This document shows positions 37,354 to 45,880 of a stretch of 45,880 nt of DNA, piece after piece. The position numbers were made by a program, and so were the translations under genes. Under the pieces are notes generated by a model, which saw only the letters and a program-made list of their open reading frames with translations, searched no databases and was not told the origin of the DNA. This DNA is from Bacteroidales bacterium (lineage in GTDB: Bacteria; Bacteroidota; Bacteroidia; Bacteroidales; UBA932), in contig JAFZTP010000093.1 in NCBI GenBank assembly GCA_017618815.1, positions 1 through 45,880 of the forward strand, read 5' to 3'. How positions within the stretch are numbered: the stretch's first letter is position 1; each line of letters opens with the position of its first letter.

Positions 37354-39888
37354 TTACTTTAAGTACTTGATGGACAGAACAATTTCTCTTCCACGAAGAG
37401 CATAGTCATATGAAAAAGTATTCACCGAATCAAATATTACATATTTGTATGACTTCATGTTTAATATATTTCTTACGTCAAGGCCAAAACGTATCGCACC
37501 ATAATCGTACGAGAAACCGGCATCAAAAAGAGATATTACCTTATTCGTATCCTCCGTGAGCTGTTCACTGAAGATATCGCATCCTATGTTAAAAAACAGC
37601 TTTTCAGCAGGCAAGATAAGAAGATTTATCTTATGTCTGTCAGCTCTTAAATTCCGGGCGTACCCACCATTCCGCGAATACGCTTTAGAAAGATTGCCGG
37701 AATAGTCCAGTTCAATATATTTTGTCGGCTTCGCAACAACTGTCGGGCTTATGACAAAACTCTCCGTAGCAACTGAAAAAGAACGGCCATTCTGAGAGAC
37801 CTTATTTCTTCCTGTCACATATGATACACCTAAGGAAAACTTCGTATCTATGGCATCCACCACTTTCGTCATTGTAAAACTAGTCGCGATATCTTTCACC
37901 TGATACGGAGATAAGATAGAATTGACAGTCAACATATTATTTGTTACGTTCTGATCCGTCATAAGATTTCTCCAGTTGTTCTGGAATATCAAATCCGCAT
38001 TAAAGAATATTTTTTCTACCGGAAGTCTGTAATTGTAATGGAGATTTGCCATCAATATCTTATTATCAGAGAGAATTCCAGGAGACACACGCGTTGTTGT
38101 ATTATCCAATAGGACAGGCTTTTCTAACAAGTCCAATATGTTTCCAATACTTCTGGTAAAAAAAACGTCCGCACGGAGCGTTGATTTTAAATTGACATTG
38201 TAGCTTATATAAAAATTCGGATTTACCGAAAGATATGAAACCGATCTTTTCCCGTAATGCAAGGTTTCCGTTCTGATCGGAATCCCGACACGTAGAAAAA
38301 AATTGCGCGAATTGTGACTGAATTCATATTGGGGATAAAAAGAAGAAGATATCCTATAACCTCGTTCGTTATTATCGAGCCTATTTCTTAATGTCTTTAT
38401 GGTTTCATATTTCCCGTTAACAAAAACAGGAATATTAAACCGATGCTGACCTTTCTCGTAAGAAACAGAGATAGTGTTATCCATAGCCAACACTGTACTA
38501 TTGGCACGCTGCGTAACATCCTGATCGACAATAGTCAATTCAATACCAGGAACCCTTCTGAAAGAAGTATTCTGACCGAACTTCCAACGCAAACGGCCCC
38601 TTTTCCATTGAGCAAGAAACTCATTCTTGAATGCTAGATCTTGGCCCCGACTGTTTTGTCCGGAGATTATACCCCCCTCCGAAGTCGGAAAATCTGCCGA
38701 AATGGCCACAAACTCGCCGTAAAATTTGTTAGTGATATATTTATCCGCCTTATTCTCATTGTATTCTATATCGATATACGGATTATGTCTCGTCGAGGTA
38801 TACGAATAATCTCTATCTATCAGAATACTCCCATCGTCATTATAGTAGCTACGACTGGTCGAATAACTGCTTCGTGAGCTAGCATAGCTGTCACCAATAT
38901 TAGCTTTTAGGGTTGATGTTTTTGACATCTTTTTGATTATATTGACAGAAGCAAGGTGGTCTGAAGGAGAAGAGAACCTGTCGATATCAATCGGCGGCGT
39001 GGACACATTGATATCTCTAATCAGGTTGATAGCATATGCTTCCGCCATACCACGATCTGTAAGGCTGTTGTTTTCAGCTGAAGCAAAATGACTGATTTTT
39101 CCGGATTTCAAGGTAACCATTGACTGCATCTCAGAATTGAAAAGCATCGAGGATCCGGTAACATGATATAACATACTATTCCCATAACCAGCAAATGCTT
39201 CATAAGCCCAAACCGGACGGGGCTTTGTTTTTTCTTTCAGCCGGATATCGATAGCGACTTCGTCAGAGAACTGATCCTTGTCCATCAAGACGCTCTGATG
39301 ATTGTTCATAACATTAACGGAGGCCACTAAAGAAGACGGTATATTATCAGTAGCTATATTATACTTCCCGCCGAACATATCTAGGCCATCTATATAAAAC
39401 TTAGATATATCCTTCCCTAAATACTTTATACGGCCCGAAGATTCGACTTCAATTCCAGGCATCTTTTTCATTGCGTCCTTCAACGAATAATCTGCCGATG
39501 ATGCAAAAGAAGAAATGGCATATGAAAGCGTATCTCCTCTCTGTGTTATTGAAGGGGCCCTTACGACTCCGGCCTTAAGCTGGATACTTTTTTCCCTCAG
39601 AATAAAGTCATATACGCTTTTATTCTGTTCTATAGATTCTGTCTGTGTTGTATATCCAAGGCATTCTACGGAAATCAAAAGCTCTTGTATATCGTCTTTC
39701 AAAGAGAAACAGAAATCCCCCTTTTCATCCACTACAGAATAGTGGACGAGAGAATTACCGAGGCTTATCTTAACAATTGCCCCCTCAACCGGATTTCCAG
39801 ACTCATCAAGCACACTTCCACAAATTCGATTCTGGGAATATGTGGTTATACAACAGCAAAGAAATATGATTAGAAATAACTGACGCAT
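37354..39888 (-). CDS. Outer-membrane beta-barrel protein with carboxypeptidase-regulatory-like N-domain (GLPGLI-associated type)
   Basis: GSVLDESGNPVEGA; RGDTLSY; KKMPGIEV..GRIKY.GK.I.KFYIDGLD; RNILN near C-terminus; AT-rich. Confidence 0.8.
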   Translation of the reverse strand: MRQLFLIIFLCCCITTYSQNRICGSVLDESGNPVEGAIVKISLGNSLVHYSVVDEKGDFCFSLKDDIQELLISVECLGYTTQTESIEQNKSVYDFILREKSIQLKAGVVRAPSITQRGDTLSYAISSFASSADYSLKDAMKKMPGIEVESSGRIKYLGKDISKFYIDGLDMFGGKYNIATDNIPSSLVASVNVMNNHQSVLMDKDQFSDEVAIDIRLKEKTKPRPVWAYEAFAGYGNSMLYHVTGSSMLFNSEMQSMVTLKSGKISHFASAENNSLTDRGMAEAYAINLIRDINVSTPPIDIDRFSSPSDHLASVNIIKKMSKTSTLKANIGDSYASSRSSYSTSRSYYNDDGSILIDRDYSYTSTRHNPYIDIEYNENKADKYITNKFYGEFVAISADFPTSEGGIISGQNSRGQDLAFKNEFLAQWKRGRLRWKFGQNTSFRRVPGIELTIVDQDVTQRANSTVLAMDNTISVSYEKGQHRFNIPVFVNGKYETIKTLRNRLDNNERGYRISSSFYPQYEFSHNSRNFFLRVGIPIRTETLHYGKRSVSYLSVNPNFYISYNVNLKSTLRADVFFTRSIGNILDLLEKPVLLDNTTTRVSPGILSDNKILMANLHYNYRLPVEKIFFNADLIFQNNWRNLMTDQNVTNNMLTVNSILSPYQVKDIATSFTMTKVVDAIDTKFSLGVSYVTGRNKVSQNGRSFSVATESFVISPTVVAKPTKYIELDYSGNLSKAYSRNGGYARNLRADRHKINLLILPAEKLFFNIGCDIFSEQLTEDTNKVISLFDAGFSYDYGAIRFGLDVRNILNMKSYKYVIFDSVNTFSYDYALRGREIVLSIKYLK

Positions 39889-40730
39889 TATTCAAGTTCT
39901 ATCGACTCCCATTTATGGGTCCGAGGCCTAAACTGCATCCCGTTGATATAAATTGCACTTTTACCTCCATCAATCTTGCGAATTGTCATATTACTAATAG
40001 CTTCAGGTGGCATACTTCCCATAGGATCATCCTCGAATTTAGTTTTTAAACGTATATATTTTTCTCTTGTAGTGCGTACAGCCTTGACTGTCGGTCCCGT
40101 TATTGTCTGGAGGCCAGCCTTTCTGATCATAATGGCTCTAAAACTATGTTTCTCGTCGACATCTGAAGCGGAAAGTACCAGTCCCGGAAGACCGCAAAAT
40201 TTCCAAGGCCCGAAAGAGGAAGGGATTTCTACAGAATACCACACATTCCATATACGTCCACCGTATTCACATACCGCTTTTTTACATTCATATCCACATA
40301 CATTCTTAATCTCATCGGTCAGATTCCATTTAATGGTATTTATGTCTTCAGTATACGTGAAATAGTCAGGCGGAATCGTACCGAAGAGGGAAAGCTTCCC
40401 TTTAGGGAAATTCTGGTATATAACCTCATCGTAAAAGAACTCATTTCTTATCTCCTGAAGACGATATTTTTCCACCACGTCTTCAGGGATACCGGATAAC
40501 ATTTCCACTGAGTCCTTCTGATACGACGAATAATCTTTGAAAAGAGAACAACCCGCCCCTATTTGAAGGATTGTCATGTAGTGATCAGAGACTTCGCCTT
40601 CCGTTACTGTATAGTCGTAAATACATTCCAATTTGGCACTCCCAAGGACATCAGCGTTGTCCTGTCCGTAAACAATGATACCAGCAAAGAAGGAAATACA
40701 AATAGAAATGAAACAATTACGGGTTTTCAT
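39888..40730 (-). CDS. GLPGLI family protein
   Basis: GYECKKA...GGRIW..WY..EIP...GPWKFCGLPGLVL; signal peptide. Confidence 0.93.
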   Translation of the reverse strand: MKTRNCFISICISFFAGIIVYGQDNADVLGSAKLECIYDYTVTEGEVSDHYMTILQIGAGCSLFKDYSSYQKDSVEMLSGIPEDVVEKYRLQEIRNEFFYDEVIYQNFPKGKLSLFGTIPPDYFTYTEDINTIKWNLTDEIKNVCGYECKKAVCEYGGRIWNVWYSVEIPSSFGPWKFCGLPGLVLSASDVDEKHSFRAIMIRKAGLQTITGPTVKAVRTTREKYIRLKTKFEDDPMGSMPPEAISNMTIRKIDGGKSAIYINGMQFRPRTHKWESIELE

Positions 40731-40743
40731 CTTTAAAATTTTT

Positions 40744-40944
40744 TTAAATGTTATTTAAGACATCCACAATACTAATACCTCCGGCAAGTCTTCGTCCATT
40801 CAAAAAAAGTGCCGGAGCGGCGTGAACATCGTGACTGTTAAGCCATTCCATATTAGATGCAAGTTTATCTTTAGAGGATTTTCCCCTTGGTATACAGTCA
40901 TATATCACCTCCAAGGGGATGACGGGGACAAATGGTGAGATTAT
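40744..40944 (-). pseudogene. C-terminal remnant of a thioredoxin/DsbA-like domain gene
   Basis: Open frame ending ...KLASNMEWLNSHDVHAAPALFLNGRRLAGGISIVDVLNNI*, resembling the cis-Pro 'TPTxxING' end of DsbA-like domains; no CxxC or plausible full start. Confidence 0.55.
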
Positions 40945-40977
40945 TTAGGGAATTTGTTATATTTGTGGGAATTAGTT

Positions 40978-42333
40978 ATGAAGAAAACTGGCAAAATACT
41001 CGTTGTCGATGACAACGCCGGAATCCGCAGCGCGCTGAAGATACTTCTTCCGATGCACTTCGCGGAAGTAGAACTGATTCCGTCTCCGAACGTATTGAAC
41101 GCCCGCCTGATAGACTTCAGGCCGGACGTCGTGCTTCTTGACATGAACTTCCACACCGATGCCAACACCGGAAACGAAGGCCTCTACTGGCTCTCCGAGA
41201 TAAAGTCGGTCGCCCCTAAGGTGCAGGTGGTGCTCTTCACCGCCTATGCCGACGTCGCGCTGGCCGTCGAGGGCATGAAACGCGGTGCCTTCGACTTCGT
41301 CGTGAAGCCGTGGGAAAACGAGAAGCTGATCGAGATACTTTGCGCTGCCGTCGAGGCCGGAGGAAAGGACTCCAAGGCAGCCAGGAAAGTCTCCGAAACT
41401 GCCATGATCTGGGGCTCCAGCCCTGCGATGAAGACGGTCCGCTCCACAGTGGAGAGAATCGCCATGACCGATGCCAGCATGCTCATAACCGGCGAGAACG
41501 GTACCGGCAAGGATGTCATCGCGAACGAGATCCATCGGCTCTCCCCAAGACGCGACGGCCCAATGGTCAGCATCGATGCGGGCGCTGTGCCGGAGACCCT
41601 GTTCGAGAGCGAGCTGTTCGGCCATGTGAAGGGCGCATTCACCGATGCCCACGCCGACAAAGTCGGCAAATTCGAAGCCGCGAACGGAGGCACTCTGTTC
41701 CTGGATGAGATCGGGAACATTCCTCTGAACCTGCAGGCGAAGCTGCTGCGCGTGCTGCAGAACAGGACTGTCACAAGGGTCGGCGACACAAAGGCGATTC
41801 CGGTCGACATCAGGCTGGTCTGCGCGACCAACATGAACCTGGAAAAGATGGTCGCTGACGGCGAGTTCCGCGAAGACCTGTTCTACAGAATCAATACCGT
41901 CGAGGTCAAACTCCCGCCGCTTCGGGAGAGGACCGACGAGCTGCGGCCGCTGTCGGAGATGTTCATAGAGAAATTCGCCCGGAAGTACCACCGCAGCGTC
42001 AGCGGCATCTCGGAAGATGCCCTCGCGCTGATGAAGTCATGCACCTGGCCGGGCAACATCCGTGAACTGCAGAACTGCCTGGAGCGGGCAGTGATCATGT
42101 CCGACCGGGAGACGATCGGGGCCGATGACCTTCATATAAATCCTGCGGAGATCATGTCCGGCCGTCCGGAGAAGAAGGTCGATGACGGCAACGTGGAGAC
42201 TCTTGAGGCAGCGGAGGAGAAGGCCATCCGCGCAGCCATGATCCGATACAATGGTAATCTTTCGATGGTGGCGAAGGCCCTGGAGGTGAGCCGCCCTACC
42301 CTTTATAGCAAACTCAAGAAATACGGCATATAA
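40978..42333 (+). CDS. NtrC-family sigma-54-dependent response regulator
   Basis: Receiver (VVDD, LLDMNF, KPW), GENGTGKD, GAFTDA, WPGNIREL, HTH; TATATTTG upstream. Confidence 0.95.
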   Translation: MKKTGKILVVDDNAGIRSALKILLPMHFAEVELIPSPNVLNARLIDFRPDVVLLDMNFHTDANTGNEGLYWLSEIKSVAPKVQVVLFTAYADVALAVEGMKRGAFDFVVKPWENEKLIEILCAAVEAGGKDSKAARKVSETAMIWGSSPAMKTVRSTVERIAMTDASMLITGENGTGKDVIANEIHRLSPRRDGPMVSIDAGAVPETLFESELFGHVKGAFTDAHADKVGKFEAANGGTLFLDEIGNIPLNLQAKLLRVLQNRTVTRVGDTKAIPVDIRLVCATNMNLEKMVADGEFREDLFYRINTVEVKLPPLRERTDELRPLSEMFIEKFARKYHRSVSGISEDALALMKSCTWPGNIRELQNCLERAVIMSDRETIGADDLHINPAEIMSGRPEKKVDDGNVETLEAAEEKAIRAAMIRYNGNLSMVAKALEVSRPTLYSKLKKYGI

Positions 42334-43211
42334 TGCAGCTGATTACGGTCATTGCGATTGTGTGCGCGGCAGTGGTCATCACTGTCGTGTTCAGCCGTAT
42401 ATATTATACGCGCAAGGCCGAGAAAAAGATTCTCTACATGCTCGAGTCGCTGTCTGACGGCGAGATGAATTTCCGATTCAAGGAGAGCAAGAGGAAGAAC
42501 TCCCTGAACAACCTCCTGAACAGGCTGAAAAGCCATTTCGACACGGGAGTCAAGAATGTCATCGAGGACAAGGAGGTGGAATCATGGACCAGGCTCATCA
42601 GGGTGCTGACCCATGAGATCATGAACACCGTCAGCCCTATCTCGAGTCTCAGCGAGGCTCTGAAAGATGCTCCCGAGTCTGCGATGAGGGAGGGCCTGAA
42701 CACGATTTCCGCTTCTTCGAAGGGCCTTATCGAATTCGTGCAGTCATACCGCGACCTGACGCGCATCCAGAAGCCCGTAAAAAAGGCCCTGCTGCTCAAG
42801 GAGCTTGTCGGAAGGGTTCTCCATCTGGAACAGGAGCCGGCTGCGGCTGCGGGCGTAAAAATGACCTACACTGAGAAGAGCGAGGATATCCTGCTGTATG
42901 CTGATGAGAACCAGATCTCGCGTATTCTGATAAACCTTATCCGGAATGCCATCCAGGCGGGAGCGACAAAGGTTGACATCGTTTCGGAGATTGCCTCCGA
43001 CGAGTCTGTCAAGGTATATGTGTCCAACAACGGACCTGCCATCAGCGAGGAGGCCCAGGAGCAGATATTCGTGCCTTTCTATACCACGAAGGAAGAAGGC
43101 TCCGGCATCGGTCTGAGCGTATCCCGCCAGATCATGCGTCTGCATGGCGGCAATCTCAGCCTCCTCCAGTCCGGCGCGGACGCGACCACCTTCCTTCTCA
43201 CCTTCAAATAG
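42333..43211 (+). CDS. Sensor histidine kinase (short)
   Basis: H box LTHEIMN; N box NLIRNA; PFYTTK; GSGIGLS. Confidence 0.93.
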   Translation: MQLITVIAIVCAAVVITVVFSRIYYTRKAEKKILYMLESLSDGEMNFRFKESKRKNSLNNLLNRLKSHFDTGVKNVIEDKEVESWTRLIRVLTHEIMNTVSPISSLSEALKDAPESAMREGLNTISASSKGLIEFVQSYRDLTRIQKPVKKALLLKELVGRVLHLEQEPAAAAGVKMTYTEKSEDILLYADENQISRILINLIRNAIQAGATKVDIVSEIASDESVKVYVSNNGPAISEEAQEQIFVPFYTTKEEGSGIGLSVSRQIMRLHGGNLSLLQSGADATTFLLTFK

Positions 43212-43217
43212 CGGCGT

Positions 43218-43264
43218 TGTAAAAATTCTTACACAGCGGGCTGTTTTTGTAAATTTTCTTTACA
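43218..43264. promoter_or_regulatory. Two palindromic upstream activator sites
   Basis: TGTAA-N6-TTACA (43218-43233) and TGTAAA-N5-TTTACA (43248-43264). Confidence 0.7.
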
Positions 43265-43320
43265 GGAGCAGCCCGCGTGCTTTCTTTATAAATACCTATC
43301 ATTCAATATCTTGCAAGATT

Positions 43321-43336
43321 TGGCACACTGATGGCA
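43321..43336 (+). promoter_or_regulatory. Sigma-54 -24/-12 promoter
   Basis: TGGCACACTGATGGCA matches GG-N10-GC, 25 nt upstream of the TolC ATG. Confidence 0.72.
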
Positions 43337-43361
43337 TTGTCAAAAGGCAAAACGAGATGAA

Positions 43362-44702
43362 ATGAAGAATTTTTTATTGATATTATCCGTATTCGCAGGC
43401 ATTTCCGTATTTGCCCAGCCAAGGCCGATGACCTTGAAGGACTGCATGGAATATGCACTCGAACATTCCACTGACATGACTATCCAGACTGCCGACAACG
43501 CCGACAGCCGCATCGACAGGAGGACGGCCATTCTCTCTGCCTTCACTCCTGAGATCTCTGCCAACAGCGACGCGTACTATCAGTTTGGCCGAAGCGTCGA
43601 TCCGGAAACGAATACCTACCTTGTCGAGACTGCATTCCATAACAATTATGAGGTTCAGGCCGGAATCGAGCTCTTCAACGGATTCCAGGCCATCGACAAC
43701 ATCAAGATCGCACGCACGTCCGTGGCCATGGGCAAGACAGCCGAGCAGCAGCTCAGGGACAAGATTTGCCTTGCCGTGATGGAGGCCTATTACAATGCCG
43801 TGTACTACTCCAGGCTGACCGACAACCTGCACTCCCAAGTGGAGACAGCAAAGAACAGCCTCAGCCTTGCCGAACGCCAGGAGGAACTTGGACAGAAAGG
43901 CCATGCCGACGTGATCCAGATCAAGGCCGACCTTGCCGACCGCGAATACCAGCTTGTGAATACGGATAATACAAGGAAAGATGCACTTCTGACCCTTCAG
44001 AGCATAATGCTCTGGCCGGTAGAAGACGAACTGATAATTGACACAGACCTTTGTGAAGTAGAGCAGACCCTGACTGATAACTATGAAACTGGATCTCTCA
44101 TAAGCAAAGCGATTGTAATGACACCGTCTGCTCTACTCGCAAAAGGCAACCTCGAAATCGCGAAACACCAGCTCCATACCGCAAAATGGCAGCTTGCGCC
44201 GAGACTGGTCCTCTATGGAGGAGTAAGCACCACTTACTATACATACCCGAACAACAAGAACTATGTGGGACCATCTTTCAGGCAGATGCTCAAGGATAAG
44301 GTGGGAGAATACATCCAGCTTGGCCTGACCATCCCTATCTATTCCGGACTCAGCCGACAGGCGAAGATATCGAAGGGCCGCAACGAAGTCAGGAGGGCGG
44401 AGGCAAGATACGACAAGGCCGTCAAGGATGTCGAGTCCGAGGTCATGAGAGCCCTGAATGACCGCGAAGGCGCGGCGGCCGAGTATCTCTTGGCAGAGCG
44501 TCGCGAAGATGTCCAGGAAGAGGCTTTCGCCCTCAACCAGCGCAAATTCGACCTTGGCATGATCTCTCCTATCGAGTATCGCACGGCGGCCGACAACTAC
44601 ATCAAGGCCATGGCCGACAAGGTCGGAGCACAGCTCAGGCTCAGGCTCAAGACCAGCGTGGTCAACTATTACAACGGAATATCATACATCGATCAACTCT
44701 AG
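43362..44702 (+). CDS. TolC family outer-membrane efflux protein
   Basis: MTLKDCMEYALEH, ELFNGF, LTIPIYSG, FDLGMIS. Confidence 0.93.
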   Translation: MKNFLLILSVFAGISVFAQPRPMTLKDCMEYALEHSTDMTIQTADNADSRIDRRTAILSAFTPEISANSDAYYQFGRSVDPETNTYLVETAFHNNYEVQAGIELFNGFQAIDNIKIARTSVAMGKTAEQQLRDKICLAVMEAYYNAVYYSRLTDNLHSQVETAKNSLSLAERQEELGQKGHADVIQIKADLADREYQLVNTDNTRKDALLTLQSIMLWPVEDELIIDTDLCEVEQTLTDNYETGSLISKAIVMTPSALLAKGNLEIAKHQLHTAKWQLAPRLVLYGGVSTTYYTYPNNKNYVGPSFRQMLKDKVGEYIQLGLTIPIYSGLSRQAKISKGRNEVRRAEARYDKAVKDVESEVMRALNDREGAAAEYLLAERREDVQEEAFALNQRKFDLGMISPIEYRTAADNYIKAMADKVGAQLRLRLKTSVVNYYNGISYIDQL

Positions 44703-44717
44703 AAAAATATAACTACT

Positions 44718-45880
44718 ATGGATAAGAAGTTAGAAAAAGTGACCGGTTGGAAGGTCGCCCTCACCAAGAAAGCAATCCCATACTGGGGAGCAGCCGCTCT
44801 CGCAGGCCTGGTGATCTACCTGCTCTGCTGCAGCAATGCGAGCTCTCTCAACGTGGACCGCGAACAACTGAACGTCGCAGAGGCGAAAAGAGGAGAATTC
44901 AACGACTATATCAGGGTCAGCGGACAGGTCGAGCCGCTCGTGACCATCCAGATAAGCCCTATCGAAGGCGGAGTGGTCAAGGAGATACTCATCGAAGAAG
45001 GTTCGGACGTGCACAAGGGAGACGAAATCCTCCGGCTGTCCAACGACAACGTGGAGCTTGAGATCCTCAACTGCGAGGCAGAGCTTGCCGAGAAGGAGAA
45101 CATCCTCCGCAACACCCAGATCCAGATGGAGCAGGACAGGCTCAACGTGCGCCAGACCAGGGCCGAGTTCCAGGTCAACGTGCGCCGTCTCAAGAGGACT
45201 TATGAGCAGCAGAAGGCCCTCTATGAAGAGAAGCTCATCGCCCGCGAGGAGTACCTGAAGGCAAAGGAAGACTATGACCTCGCACTCGAGAAGCTCGAGC
45301 TTATCCGCGAGAAGGAGGTGCAGGACAGCATGTACCGCAGCACGCAGGTGGAGAGGATGAAAGAGAGTCTCGACAACATGCTCACCAACATGCTGATGAT
45401 CCGCCGTCGCAAGGACAATCTCACGATCAAGGCCCCTATCGACGGTCAGCTCGGACTTCTTGACGCCGTCCTCGGCGAGAGCATCAACGCCGGTACCAAG
45501 ATCGGCCAGATCAGCGACATGTCCTCATACAAGATCGTAGCGCAGATCGACGAGCACTATATCGACAAGGTGGTCCCGGGACTCAGCGCCAGCATCGAGC
45601 GCCAGGGCTCATCCTTCGACGCAATGCTCCGCAAGGTATATCCGGAGGTGCGCGACGGCCGTTTCAAAGCCGATTTCAAGTTCGAGGGCGAAGTGCCTGA
45701 GAACATCCGCAGCGGCCAGACCTATTACCTCAACCTCCAGTTGGGACAGCCTGAAGAGGCCGTCATAATCCCTCGCGGAAGCTTCTATCAGAAGACCGGA
45801 GGCAAATGGATATATGTGCTCGACGGAGAGAACAGAGCCGTGCGCAAGGAAATCCGCATCGGTCGTCAGAACCCTCAGTA
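44718..45880 (+). CDS. Efflux periplasmic adaptor (HlyD/MacA-like); truncated by window edge
   Basis: MDKKLEK..., GEFNDYIRVSGQV.P, EGGVV....EEG..V.KGD, IKAPIDGQL, IDEHYID; frame open to the end. Confidence 0.92.
   Translation, partial: MDKKLEKVTGWKVALTKKAIPYWGAAALAGLVIYLLCCSNASSLNVDREQLNVAEAKRGEFNDYIRVSGQVEPLVTIQISPIEGGVVKEILIEEGSDVHKGDEILRLSNDNVELEILNCEAELAEKENILRNTQIQMEQDRLNVRQTRAEFQVNVRRLKRTYEQQKALYEEKLIAREEYLKAKEDYDLALEKLELIREKEVQDSMYRSTQVERMKESLDNMLTNMLMIRRRKDNLTIKAPIDGQLGLLDAVLGESINAGTKIGQISDMSSYKIVAQIDEHYIDKVVPGLSASIERQGSSFDAMLRKVYPEVRDGRFKADFKFEGEVPENIRSGQTYYLNLQLGQPEEAVIIPRGSFYQKTGGKWIYVLDGENRAVRKEIRIGRQNPQ

Noticed and set aside
40731-40977. Peptide precursor gene upstream of GLPGLI
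   Set aside because: The three minus-strand frames give only the thioredoxin-like stump and a 14-aa frame; no leader-like ORF
43960-44290. More AT-rich patch inside tolC suggesting mosaic recombination
   Set aside because: Impression by eye only; frame intact and no boundaries identifiable without alignment

Overview
Chromosomal segment of a Bacteroidales bacterium (SusC/SusD pair, TAnnTTTG promoters, lptE-secG cluster; a gut/rumen lineage is an inference). 1-14.2 kb: a polysaccharide utilisation locus (SusC, SusD, PKD lipoprotein, GH36-like glycosidase) joined to an agaR/agaS/kbaZ-like/PfkB/EamA module. It has no PTS, no AgaA/NagA deacetylase and no tagatose-bisphosphate aldolase, which suggests a compact, possibly undescribed galactosamine route (GalN -> GalN-6P -> tagatose-6P -> fructose-6P). 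This is the best candidate for a new system. 14.3-23.6 kb: accessory genes (histidine phosphatase, FKBP, azoreductase-like, LolA-like, an unannotated 52-aa peptide divergent from an orphan Stealth phosphotransferase, GDPD, transglutaminase-like), ending in an AT-rich lipoprotein cassette bracketed by 42-bp GC-rich direct repeats and a nested hairpin just downstream of tRNA-Gly(GCC). 23.7-37.3 kb: core genes (pheS, C69 dipeptidase, ATPase, a ClpB lacking its N-terminal domain, secG, TPR protein, lptE, sigma-54 activator, OmpA/TPR lipoprotein, TonB receptor). 37.3-40.9 kb: AT-rich islet with a GLPGLI protein, an outer-membrane barrel and a thioredoxin-like gene remnant. 41-45.9 kb: NtrC-type two-component system and a sigma-54 promoter driving a TolC/adaptor efflux operon that runs off the end. 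No integrase, transposase, CRISPR array or rRNA seen. All calls are from motif recognition by eye; no searches were run.
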